From: Parcubacteria group bacterium GW2011_GWA1_56_13
GTDB lineage: Bacteria; Patescibacteriota; Minisyncoccia; Phycocordibacterales; Phycocordibacteraceae
Reading direction: 5' to 3'
Assembly: GCA_001004905.1 (NCBI GenBank)
Contig: LCRY01000002.1
Location: 269,873 to 333,872 of the forward strand
DNA length: 64,000 nucleotides
Shown: positions 9,769 to 17,840 of the stretch, one piece after another
How the letters are laid out: the number at the start of each line of letters is the position of its first letter
Numbering within the stretch: position 1 is the stretch's first letter
Translations under genes and position numbers: made by a program
The notes under the pieces: model-generated
The model's database searches: none
Told to the model about the DNA's origin: nothing
The model's input: the letters and a program-made list of their open reading frames with translations, nothing else

Positions 9769-10140
9769 TTATTCGTTGACGATGAGGTTCTTCATGCGGG
9801 GCGTGCGGAGTTTGTTGCGCGGGATCATCCCGTCCACCGTCTTCTTCACGACTGCCGCGATGCCCTTCTTGGCTATCATTTCTTCCATGCTCATGGAATA
9901 AAGACCGCCCGGATAGCCGGTGTAGCGGGTGTAGACCTTGCCTTTCGTGCGGCGGGCAGGCAGGTGCATCTTGCCCGCATTGTTCACGGTGACTTTGATA
10001 GGCAGCGCCTGATTCTTCGCGAAATGCACGGAACGCTTGCCGAGAAGCGCGTGCGCCGCCTCGCTCGCCACGCGCCCGAGCGTGCGGTCGGTCGCATCTA
10101 TCGTATAGGTGGTTGCTTGCGGTTTCGTGTTGGATGTCAT
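9769..10140 (-). CDS. rplM: 50S ribosomal protein L13
   Basis: IDATDRTLGRVAS, YTGYPGGL, GMIPRNKL. Confidence 0.95.
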   Translation of the reverse strand: MTSNTKPQATTYTIDATDRTLGRVASEAAHALLGKRSVHFAKNQALPIKVTVNNAGKMHLPARRTKGKVYTRYTGYPGGLYSMSMEEMIAKKGIAAVVKKTVDGMIPRNKLRTPRMKNLIVNE

Positions 10141-10158
10141 ATTAATAATTGAACCTTA

Positions 10159-10208
10159 CACTACGCTCCACTTTTGCGGAAGTGCCCGCAAAAGTCTCGC
10201 TCAGTGTT
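10159..10208. repeat. Intergenic palindromic element
   Basis: ACACT...ACTTTTGCGG-n6-CCGCAAAAGT...CGCTCAGTGT nested stems. Confidence 0.6.
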
Positions 10209-10241
10209 AAGTGAAATATAGTCGTCATACTCCTTATTTCT

Positions 10242-10595
10242 CTAAACGAACGCGATATACGCAAGTGTGCGGGCGTCGTTGCTGCCGCGTTTCGCGCGCT
10301 TGGTCACGCGAGTGTAGCCGCCGGCTCGGTTGGCGTAACGCGGACCAATGGTCGAAAAAAGCTTTTTCACCGCTTCTTTGTCGCCGAGACGACTCACGGC
10401 GAGCCGACGGCTCGCGAGCGTGTTCTTCTTCGCGTATGTCACGAGGCGCTCCACGAACGGGCGCAGTGCCTTCGCCTTCGCTTCGGTGGTCGAAATACGC
10501 TCCTCAAGCACGAGGGAACGCGCGAGCGAGCGGATAAGCGCGCGCCGCTGTCCGGCCTCTCTATGGAACGTCTGTCCTTTCGTAGTGTACGCCAT
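10242..10595 (-). CDS. rplQ: 50S ribosomal protein L17
   Basis: ISTTEAKAKALRPFVERLVT, RAGGYTRV. Confidence 0.96.
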   Translation of the reverse strand: MAYTTKGQTFHREAGQRRALIRSLARSLVLEERISTTEAKAKALRPFVERLVTYAKKNTLASRRLAVSRLGDKEAVKKLFSTIGPRYANRAGGYTRVTKRAKRGSNDARTLAYIAFV

Positions 10596-10600
10596 GATGA

Positions 10601-11439
10601 TTATTCGCTCTTGAGAGTGAGGCCATGGCCCGCGAGCGCGACCGAGATCTCCTCGATGGCCTTGTCGCCGATGCCGTCGAGTTCCTTGAGTGCGCTCGCC
10701 GACTTCCTCGCAAGGCCGGCTGCGCTCTTGATACCCGCGTCCTCGAGCGCGGAAGTGATGCGCGCCGAGAGATTGAGGTCGGCTATCTTTATCTTCGCGC
10801 CGGAGGGAGGCGCCGTCTCGGCGGCCGAGGTGCCTTCAAGTGAAACGGTCGGGACGCTCTCCTGGAAGCCGATGATGGCCTGCAGTTGATGGATCATGGT
10901 CTCGATGGACTTCTCAAGCGCCTCGCGCGGAGCAACGGTGCCGTTGGTCTCGATGAGGATGCGCAGACGGTTGAAGTCGGTGCGGTCGCCGACGCGCATG
11001 TTCTCCACTTCGTAATTCACGCGGCGGATGGGAGTGAACGTCGCATCAAGCGCGATGGTGCCGATGTCTACCTTGTCCTTGGTCAGCACTTCCCGCGATA
11101 CGTAGCCAAGCCCGCGCTCAATGGTCGCTTCAAGCTCGAGAGATGCCTTTCCTGAAAGATCGGCGATGTGCTGGTCGGGATTCCGTATCTCGACCTGGCT
11201 CGGAAGTTTGAAATCCTTCGCCGTCACCGCGCCCGTGCCCTTTGCCATAAGCGAAATGACCTGCGGCTCGTCGCCATGGAGCACGAAATGTACGCGCTTG
11301 AGGTTCAAAAGGATTTCCATAACCGTCTCGCGAGCGTATGGCCGTAGCCCGGATAGAGCGAATCTATTTCGTAGACGCCTTGCATGCCTTCTTCAGAAAC
11401 GATACGGGGCTTACTCGGAAGTGTGATGTGGTATTCCAT
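10601..11439 (-). CDS. rpoA: RNA polymerase alpha subunit, interrupted by a frameshifting deletion near 11331
   Basis: N-terminal MEYHITLPS...PGYGHTL in one frame; RETVMEILLNLK...FTPIRRVNYEVENMRVG in another; the intervening GNSLRR...HEFS-type segment is absent. Confidence 0.9.
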
Positions 11440-11489
11440 AACGCAATCGTAATTACCAATTATTAATGGGAACGTGCACTGAAATAATA

Positions 11490-12104
11490 CTACCTCGTAT
11501 AGAACGAGAGCACCGCGACCAGATCGCCCGCCGGGTCTGCCGACGCGGCCGTCGGACGCTCCTTGACCTTCCCTTCCATAGACGACGGATTCCACAAAAG
11601 CCATGAAGGCAGGGGGCGCTCCGCGAACCGCTCGGCGAAGCCGACGAGTACGCCATGCTTTTTCGAGCCCTCGCGGATGCTCACGGTGTCGCCGACCGAC
11701 AGCATGTGCGACGGGACGCGTGTCTTTTTCCCGCCGACCATCACGTGCCCGTGCGCGACCATCTGGCGCGCGGCACGGCGCGTCGGCGCAAGGCCGAGCC
11801 GCCAGACGACATTGTCGAGACGGAGCTCGAGAAGCTCGTGGAGGCGTTCCGTCGGCTGGACGGTATGGGCGGCGGCGAGCGACTTGCGCACGTAATTGCG
11901 GAACTGCCGCTCGGGCAGTCCGTACGTCATGCGTACCTTCTGCTTCTCGAGCATCTGCTTGCCGTATTCGCTCTGGCGTCCGCGGCTGCGGCGCTTATTT
12001 TTCGCGCTGCGGTCGGCAGAGAGCGCGAATTTCTGCGTCTGCGCTTTCTCGAAGACGGAGGCGCCGAGGCGTTTCGCTATTTTGTATCGTGGTCCGGTTT
12101 TCAT
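11490..12104 (-). CDS. rpsD: 30S ribosomal protein S4
   Basis: SEYGKQMLEKQK, LELRLDNVV, ARQMVAHGH. Confidence 0.97.
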   Translation of the reverse strand: MKTGPRYKIAKRLGASVFEKAQTQKFALSADRSAKNKRRSRGRQSEYGKQMLEKQKVRMTYGLPERQFRNYVRKSLAAAHTVQPTERLHELLELRLDNVVWRLGLAPTRRAARQMVAHGHVMVGGKKTRVPSHMLSVGDTVSIREGSKKHGVLVGFAERFAERPLPSWLLWNPSSMEGKVKERPTAASADPAGDLVAVLSFYTR

Positions 12105-12107
12105 AGA

Positions 12108-12542
12108 TTAGATGCGGCGGGGCTTCGGCGGACGCGGGCCGTTATGCGGCACCGGCGTCATGTCCTTGATGGAGCGTATCTGCACCCCCTTACCGGAAAA
12201 AGCGCGCAGCACAGACTCGCGGCCGGCACCGACGCCGCAGATAACGACCGACGCCTCTTTGAGCCCTATCATCATGCCCTTCTCGCCGAGGAACTCACCG
12301 ACCTTCGCCGCCGCGTATGGCGTGGACTTCCTCGCACCGGAGAAGCCGAGCGCGCCAGCGCTTGAGGAGACGACGGCATTCCCCTTCTCGTCCGTAAGCG
12401 TGGCCTTCGTATTATTGAACGTCGCCTCGATATGCAGGACGCCCTTTTCCAGATGGCGCTTGGTGACTTTCGAGAGGGCGCGTTCTTTGCGCCCTGCGTC
12501 GAGCCCGCGACCGCTCTTTTTGATGATGCGTTTCTTTCCCAC
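12108..12542 (-). CDS. rpsK: 30S ribosomal protein S11 (GTG start)
   Basis: ATFNNT, GFSGARKSTPYAA, TPVPHNGPRPPKPRR. Confidence 0.96.
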   Translation of the reverse strand: MGKKRIIKKSGRGLDAGRKERALSKVTKRHLEKGVLHIEATFNNTKATLTDEKGNAVVSSSAGALGFSGARKSTPYAAAKVGEFLGEKGMMIGLKEASVVICGVGAGRESVLRAFSGKGVQIRSIKDMTPVPHNGPRPPKPRRI

Positions 12543-12586
12543 GTTAGTTTTTGTTAGCGAGTCCGCTCGCGTTACTAAAACTTACG

Positions 12587-12734
12587 CCCCGCCCTACTTT
12601 TGCCTGACAATCGTCCCGGCGACCCGCGGGCGAATAGCCCGCCCCTATTCGGGGCAGGGTCGCCAGGACCTTGTTGGGATATTCGTAATTGTGTTGAGTA
12701 GGTGACATAAGGTTTTGCAAAAGTAGGGCTGGGG
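12587..12734. mobile_element. MITE-like structured element between rpsM and rpsK
   Basis: Terminal IR CCCCGCCCTACTTTTGC / GCAAAAGTAGGGCTGGGG with internal hairpins. Confidence 0.65.
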
Positions 12735-12747
12735 TTTCCAAAAACGA

Positions 12748-13128
12748 TTACGTTTTCTCCAACGTACGACGGCCCGAGGTCATCGTCTTGCGGACGTTCC
12801 CTCGGCGTGTGCGCGAGTTCGTCTTCGTGCGCTGGCCGCGCACGGGGAGCCCGCGCGCGTGACGGTCGCCGCGGGCCGAATGGATGTCTTTCAAACGCTT
12901 GATGTTCTGACCGATTTCGCGGCGCAACTCGCCCTCGATGGTAAATCCTTCGGCAAGCGAGCGTATTTTCTGCTCTTCTTCACTCGTGAGCTCACTGCCC
13001 TTCTTGGCCGGACTGACGCCGGCGGTTTTCAGGATGTCGCGCGCGCGCGTCGGTCCGATGCCGTAGATAAGCGGCAGCGCATACGCGAGCTGTTTGTTAT
13101 CGGGAATGGTGACTCCGGAAATACGCAT
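12748..13128 (-). CDS. rpsM: 30S ribosomal protein S13
   Basis: IYGIG, RHARGLPVRGQRTKTNSRTR. Confidence 0.97.
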   Translation of the reverse strand: MRISGVTIPDNKQLAYALPLIYGIGPTRARDILKTAGVSPAKKGSELTSEEEQKIRSLAEGFTIEGELRREIGQNIKRLKDIHSARGDRHARGLPVRGQRTKTNSRTRRGNVRKTMTSGRRTLEKT

Positions 13129-13138
13129 GCAAAAAATA

Positions 13139-13255
13139 TTATCCCTGGCGCGCTTTGCGGCGCGGGTTTTTCTTATTGATACGGTACAAATGCCCGCCTC
13201 TGCGGACGAGCTGATCTCCCGGCTGTTGTACCTTGATCGACGCGCGAACTTTCAT
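13139..13255 (-). CDS. rpmJ: 50S ribosomal protein L36, cysteine-free type (not in the ORF track)
   Basis: [38 protein letters not shown] between infA and rpsM. Confidence 0.92.
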   Translation of the reverse strand: MKVRASIKVQQPGDQLVRRGGHLYRINKKNPRRKARQG

Positions 13256-13272
13256 CTTTGATGGCTTAATTA

Positions 13273-13518
13273 TTATGTTAAACGACGCACTATCCGCGCT
13301 CGGCCGCCATACGGGTCGAGCACCATATCTACCTGATCGCCGACGAGGACGCGGATGCGGTGCAGGCGCATCTTGCCTGCAAGATACGCGAGCACGAGCG
13401 GTTGTTCCGCGCCCTCCTCCCCTTCTGCGGGTTGCAGACGAACCCGGAAGAGCGAATTCGGCAATACTTCCTCAACGGTGCCGACTGCTGTCGGCCTAGC
13501 TTCTTCGCCTTCCTTCAT
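13273..13518 (-). CDS. infA: Translation initiation factor IF-1
   Basis: [14 protein letters not shown]...[18 protein letters not shown]. Confidence 0.95.
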   Translation of the reverse strand: MKEGEEARPTAVGTVEEVLPNSLFRVRLQPAEGEEGAEQPLVLAYLAGKMRLHRIRVLVGDQVDMVLDPYGGRARIVRRLT

Positions 13519-13610
13519 TTATCCGTCTCTCTCCATATAGATACCGTATCAATCTAGCAGAGGTCTCTGAAGTCGTCAAACAAGCGATGTTTCATCGTGC
13601 CTTACGGCGT

Positions 13611-14825
13611 CTATGGATTGATCGTCACGACGGATATCGAGGAAGGGTCCTGCGGGAAGGTCTGCCTCCAGAACGGCCGTAGGATGATGACCGCGCGCTT
13701 GACCTCCGGGTAGTTGGAGACGGCGACTTCGGCGCCAGAGCGTGTCTTTCCCGCGACCGCGGCGGCGATGCGGTTAGAATCCACGCTGTAGATAAGCGAC
13801 GCCGTGCCGGCAAGCGTGAACGGGAAGGTCTGTGCATCAGGACCGGGCATAGTCACCGCGGCCAGCATGAGATTATCGGCCGAAACCAGCGTGAGCGGCT
13901 CGCCCTGGTATGAGAGTCCAGCGACCGAAGACGCGATGGTTTTTGCGAGCGCGGGGTTGGGGAAAATAACCGCCGTGATGGTGCCCTGCTCCTTCACTTC
14001 GACCATGCCGGTCGTCGCGGAAGATGTCGGCGTGAGCTCCTCATAGACAGTGGTCGCGGCGCCAGGCAGGAGCACGTACCCGTCGGGAACCTGCGTTTTG
14101 ATGCTTGCGGCAAGATCGGGACCAAGCGCGGCCTGCAAAGCGCTTCGCGTCTGCTGCTCAAGCGCCGCATCAACGACCGGTACGGTCCCCGAAGCGCCGC
14201 CTGTCATAGTACTCGTCGAGCGCGCGTACACCATGGTCTCCTGCGGAGTTCCGGCGAACCCAGGAACGGTGAACGAGGTCGGGCCGACGTTATACGAGGC
14301 ACCCGGCTGATCGGCATAGACCTTTGCCGTTATGCTGCCGGGTTTTGCCGTCGTACCGCCTGGAATGGTTATCGCCGTGCGAATGCGGAAGATAAGCCCC
14401 GCAGCGGTCGCGAAACGCGTATTCGCAACGAGTCGTTGCTCCTTCGCCTGGGTATTGTAGATCGTGATGGTGCCGGATGCCGAAGAATTGACCGTTTTTG
14501 TTCCGCTTCCTTTCACGCTCTGAGACGCGATCTTCTGCGCGGTAATGGTCTCGAACGGGAGAACACCGCTGCTGCGGTTGGCCGTGAAAGAGGTCTGGAC
14601 CGCGGCCGAGACCGCGCTCGGGGTTACTTCGACTTTGGCGGTGGAAAAGTAAAACAGCGCTCCCACGGAAACGACGATGACGAGCAACACGACGACCATC
14701 GTCGTATACGGAAACCGCGGCGGTCGGTCTTGGGAAAGGTCAAGCGATGCTCTGCCCGGAGGACTAATAAGCGGTCCCGCGTCTTTACGGCGGGACGGTG
14801 GGATAATGTCATTGAATGTACGCAT
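13611..14825 (-). CDS. Membrane-anchored protein with a baseplate-J-like beta domain
   Basis: N-terminal TM; ASGTITIYN...LVANTRF...ADQPGASYNV pattern. Confidence 0.7.
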   Translation of the reverse strand: MRTFNDIIPPSRRKDAGPLISPPGRASLDLSQDRPPRFPYTTMVVVLLVIVVSVGALFYFSTAKVEVTPSAVSAAVQTSFTANRSSGVLPFETITAQKIASQSVKGSGTKTVNSSASGTITIYNTQAKEQRLVANTRFATAAGLIFRIRTAITIPGGTTAKPGSITAKVYADQPGASYNVGPTSFTVPGFAGTPQETMVYARSTSTMTGGASGTVPVVDAALEQQTRSALQAALGPDLAASIKTQVPDGYVLLPGAATTVYEELTPTSSATTGMVEVKEQGTITAVIFPNPALAKTIASSVAGLSYQGEPLTLVSADNLMLAAVTMPGPDAQTFPFTLAGTASLIYSVDSNRIAAAVAGKTRSGAEVAVSNYPEVKRAVIILRPFWRQTFPQDPSSISVVTINP

Positions 14826-14843
14826 GGAAAAAGTATACCACCT

Positions 14844-15887
14844 TCATTTGTCAAAATGATACCGCCAGTAAAGCGCCATGAAGAGAAGCGGGAGATCGGG
14901 AGAGGCGGGAGCCGCCTGCTGAACGAATTCGCTCAAGTGACTCGGCAGGACTGAGACAATCCTTGGAGGATTATCGGAGAGCCAGAGTCCGCCGAGCCGC
15001 ACCGCCGTCAGCGCCTCCTCAAGCGAAGGAATATCTTGTTCCTGGGCAAGCAGGAATATGGTGCGCGGCAGCGGGTACCGCTCCGCGAGCTTGGTAAGCT
15101 CGCTCACGACCTTTTCCGTCCACCGGTCGGCGCTCTTCACGGAAACGCTCTCTGGCATTTCGGTCACCGCCACCAGAAAACCCTTCCGCACGAGCGCAAT
15201 GGAGAATAGTGGACCGATAATGTCGAAAATGAGCGCGTTGCGCTCATGCGGGAAGGCAGCGCGCATCGCCTGATAGCGCAGTGAACTGCCGGCGATCGAA
15301 AAAAGACTTTTGGTATGAAAGAGGCCTCGCAATATCTGAACGATGCCTTCGGAGACCTTGGCATCTATGAACGAGGTCAGGACGATGATGGTCGCCCGTG
15401 TTACTTTTTTTCCGTAGGGCTCGCGTGTCTCGTATCCGTTGAGGGTGGTACCGATGACGCTTTCGTCCGCGAGAACCTTTTCCGGCACCGTGATGCTTGT
15501 TTTCTCGAGCGCGGTGGTGACCATGCTTTTCGTGAACGTAAACGGGGTCTTGCGCTCGAATGATTCGGTGCGCACTTTCGTTTCCTGCCACGGGGCATCC
15601 ACCGAAAAAAACACTGCGTCGGCGCTTCCGCTTCCCGTGTGGCGCATGAGTATCGGCGCCCCTTCGCTGATAAGCGCGGAACCGAGCGCGTTAAGAGCGC
15701 GCAGCATCGCGCGCTCATGCGGTTCACCTCCCTGTATCTCTATGGGAAGGCGGCGCGAATACAGCAGGGCGGGCGGCGCACCTTCTTGGTAATGGGCATA
15801 TCCCCCGGCGACCGACCCAGAGCTGATGTCTATGAGCACGAGCGACTGCGTGCGCGCGGAATGAAAGAGCTTACCGAAGAAACCCAT
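14844..15887 (-). CDS. FtsA/actin-fold-like hypothetical protein
   Basis: LIDISSGSV N-terminal motif, TLNGY; paired with 13611-14825. Confidence 0.6.
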   Translation of the reverse strand: MGFFGKLFHSARTQSLVLIDISSGSVAGGYAHYQEGAPPALLYSRRLPIEIQGGEPHERAMLRALNALGSALISEGAPILMRHTGSGSADAVFFSVDAPWQETKVRTESFERKTPFTFTKSMVTTALEKTSITVPEKVLADESVIGTTLNGYETREPYGKKVTRATIIVLTSFIDAKVSEGIVQILRGLFHTKSLFSIAGSSLRYQAMRAAFPHERNALIFDIIGPLFSIALVRKGFLVAVTEMPESVSVKSADRWTEKVVSELTKLAERYPLPRTIFLLAQEQDIPSLEEALTAVRLGGLWLSDNPPRIVSVLPSHLSEFVQQAAPASPDLPLLFMALYWRYHFDK

Positions 15888-15903
15888 CCTCTCATTCTAA
15901 CAC

Positions 15904-15940
15904 CCCATTAGAGACGCTCGCGAACTCGCGCTCTAACGGG
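15904..15940. mobile_element. Short palindromic element of the CCCGTTAG family, empty copy
   Basis: CCCATTAGAG...CTCTAACGGG ends. Confidence 0.7.
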
Positions 15941-15951
15941 ACAGGCCGCTT

Positions 15952-17817
15952 TTATTCCAGAACCGCTTTTATTCGCCGCACTCCCGCAGAGGATGCTTCC
16001 TCTTTTAGTATTTTAAAGGTAGCCCTCCGGTCGGAGCCGTCGGGCTCGCGAACACTGCCGAGCTCAGCAGTGTTCGCGACATGCGGCCCGCCGCAAAATT
16101 CTATGGAAAAGGCGTTCTCAAGGGGGCCGACCGAATACACGCTCACCTGCTCCGGGTACGAGGCACCGAATTCATGTTCAGCGCCGAGTTCCTCTGCTTC
16201 CTCCTTCTTCATCACCGTGCGCACGACCGGCAGACCTTCGGCTATCTTCTGATTCACGATACGCTCGACTTCGGCTTTCTGCTCCGGCGTCATCTTCTGC
16301 CCATACGAGAAATCGATGCGGAGCCGCTCACTCGTGATATTGCTCCCCCGCTGGTGCACCTCCGGCCCGAGCACCATTTGAAGCGCTTTGAGAAGCAAGT
16401 GGTGCGCGGTGTGGTAACGGACGGTCTGCTCGGCGTGGTCAGCGAGTCCGCCAGCGAATTTCTGCGCCGCTCCCATCCGGCTTTTCGCTTGATGCTCGTC
16501 TATCCGCTTTTGCACCGTTTCCATGTCTACCTTCTGTCCACGCTCCGCCGCTATTTCTGCGGTAAGTTCTACCGGGAATCCATAGGTAGTGAAGAGCATG
16601 AAGGCATCAATGCTATTCCCCATCTTTTCGAGCTCGCGCATGCCCTGTGCGAGCGTCTTTCGGAACTGCTGCTCCTCTTTTTCGAGTTCTTCCCTTATGC
16701 GACCGGCGCTTTTATATATGAAGGGGTAGTGGTTGCGATAGGCGGCACCGAAGCTCTCGGCGACCTCGGCGAGTACCGTTTCCTTGATGCCGAGCTTGTC
16801 CGCCTCGCGGATGGAGCGGCGGATGAGACGCCGGAGCACATAGCCCTGTTCGGTGTTCGAGGGACGGACGCCGGAAGCGATGATGAACACTGCCGCCCGC
16901 ATATGGTCGAGAATGATGCGAAATGAACGCGTCGCGGAATACAAGGTGGAACCTTGTACGCCAGAATTCAAGGTTCCACCTTGTACTTGGTACTGCTTGC
17001 CGGAGCGTTTTTCAAGCACGGTGCGCGCGGCGTCAAAAGCGTCAATGAGGAACACGTCGGAATTATTGCGCGTCGCGGCAGTAAGGCGCTCGAGGCCGCC
17101 GCCGAAATCCACGTTGCGCTTCGGCAATTTCCCGAACGAGCCACTAGCGTTCTTGATATATTCCATAAAGACGGAATTGCCGATTTCCATGAACCGCCCG
17201 CAGTCGCAATTGGGATGGCACTCCTTCCCAAACGCCGGGTCGTGCTGAACGCTCGTGAATTCATAAAAAATCTCGGAATCGGGGCCCCCGGGTTCCCCCG
17301 CCGGCATCTTATCCGGAGTACCGGAGCGGCTCCACCAATTTTTCGTCGCATCGTAAAAAAGTATCCGTTCCTGTGGCATTCCTATTTTCTTCCATATTTC
17401 CTCCGATTCCGTATCCTTCGGCAACCCAAGAGATTCGTCTCCTACGAAGCAAGTAACCCAAAGACGGTCCTTCGGAAGTTTTAATTCTTCCGTGAGGAAC
17501 TCATAAATCCACGGTAATTGTTCTTTTTTGAAATAATCACCGAGAGACCAGTTGCCGAGCATCTCGAAGAAGGTCGTGTGGCGGTTGTCCCCCACCTCTT
17601 CGATGTCTCCCGCGCGGAACGAGAGCTGGGAATTGGCGAGACGTTTTCCTTCTGGGTGCTCCTGCCCGAGAAGGTATGGCACCAAGGGCTGCATCCCGCT
17701 TGAGGTAAACAGTGTTGTCGGGTCGTTCTCGGGCACGATGGGCGCCGAGGGGATGATGGCGTGCCCCCGCTTGGCGAAGAAATCCAGATATCGCTTACGC
17801 ACCTCGCTGACGGTCAT
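15952..17817 (-). CDS. alaS: Alanine--tRNA ligase, short form without the C-Ala domain
   Basis: TLFTSSGMQP, RHTTFFEMLGNWS, HTAHHLL, EFCGGPHV. Confidence 0.96.
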   Translation of the reverse strand: MTVSEVRKRYLDFFAKRGHAIIPSAPIVPENDPTTLFTSSGMQPLVPYLLGQEHPEGKRLANSQLSFRAGDIEEVGDNRHTTFFEMLGNWSLGDYFKKEQLPWIYEFLTEELKLPKDRLWVTCFVGDESLGLPKDTESEEIWKKIGMPQERILFYDATKNWWSRSGTPDKMPAGEPGGPDSEIFYEFTSVQHDPAFGKECHPNCDCGRFMEIGNSVFMEYIKNASGSFGKLPKRNVDFGGGLERLTAATRNNSDVFLIDAFDAARTVLEKRSGKQYQVQGGTLNSGVQGSTLYSATRSFRIILDHMRAAVFIIASGVRPSNTEQGYVLRRLIRRSIREADKLGIKETVLAEVAESFGAAYRNHYPFIYKSAGRIREELEKEEQQFRKTLAQGMRELEKMGNSIDAFMLFTTYGFPVELTAEIAAERGQKVDMETVQKRIDEHQAKSRMGAAQKFAGGLADHAEQTVRYHTAHHLLLKALQMVLGPEVHQRGSNITSERLRIDFSYGQKMTPEQKAEVERIVNQKIAEGLPVVRTVMKKEEAEELGAEHEFGASYPEQVSVYSVGPLENAFSIEFCGGPHVANTAELGSVREPDGSDRRATFKILKEEASSAGVRRIKAVLE

Positions 17818-17840
17818 ACCGAAAAAGATAGCACAGATCA

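Noticed and set aside
11305-11439. Intron or programmed frameshift in rpoA
   Set aside because: Sequence is missing rather than inserted, and a frameshift could not restore the lost codons
13611-15887. Prophage or tailocin baseplate locus
   Set aside because: The baseplate-J-like protein is membrane anchored, has host-like composition and no phage structural neighbours
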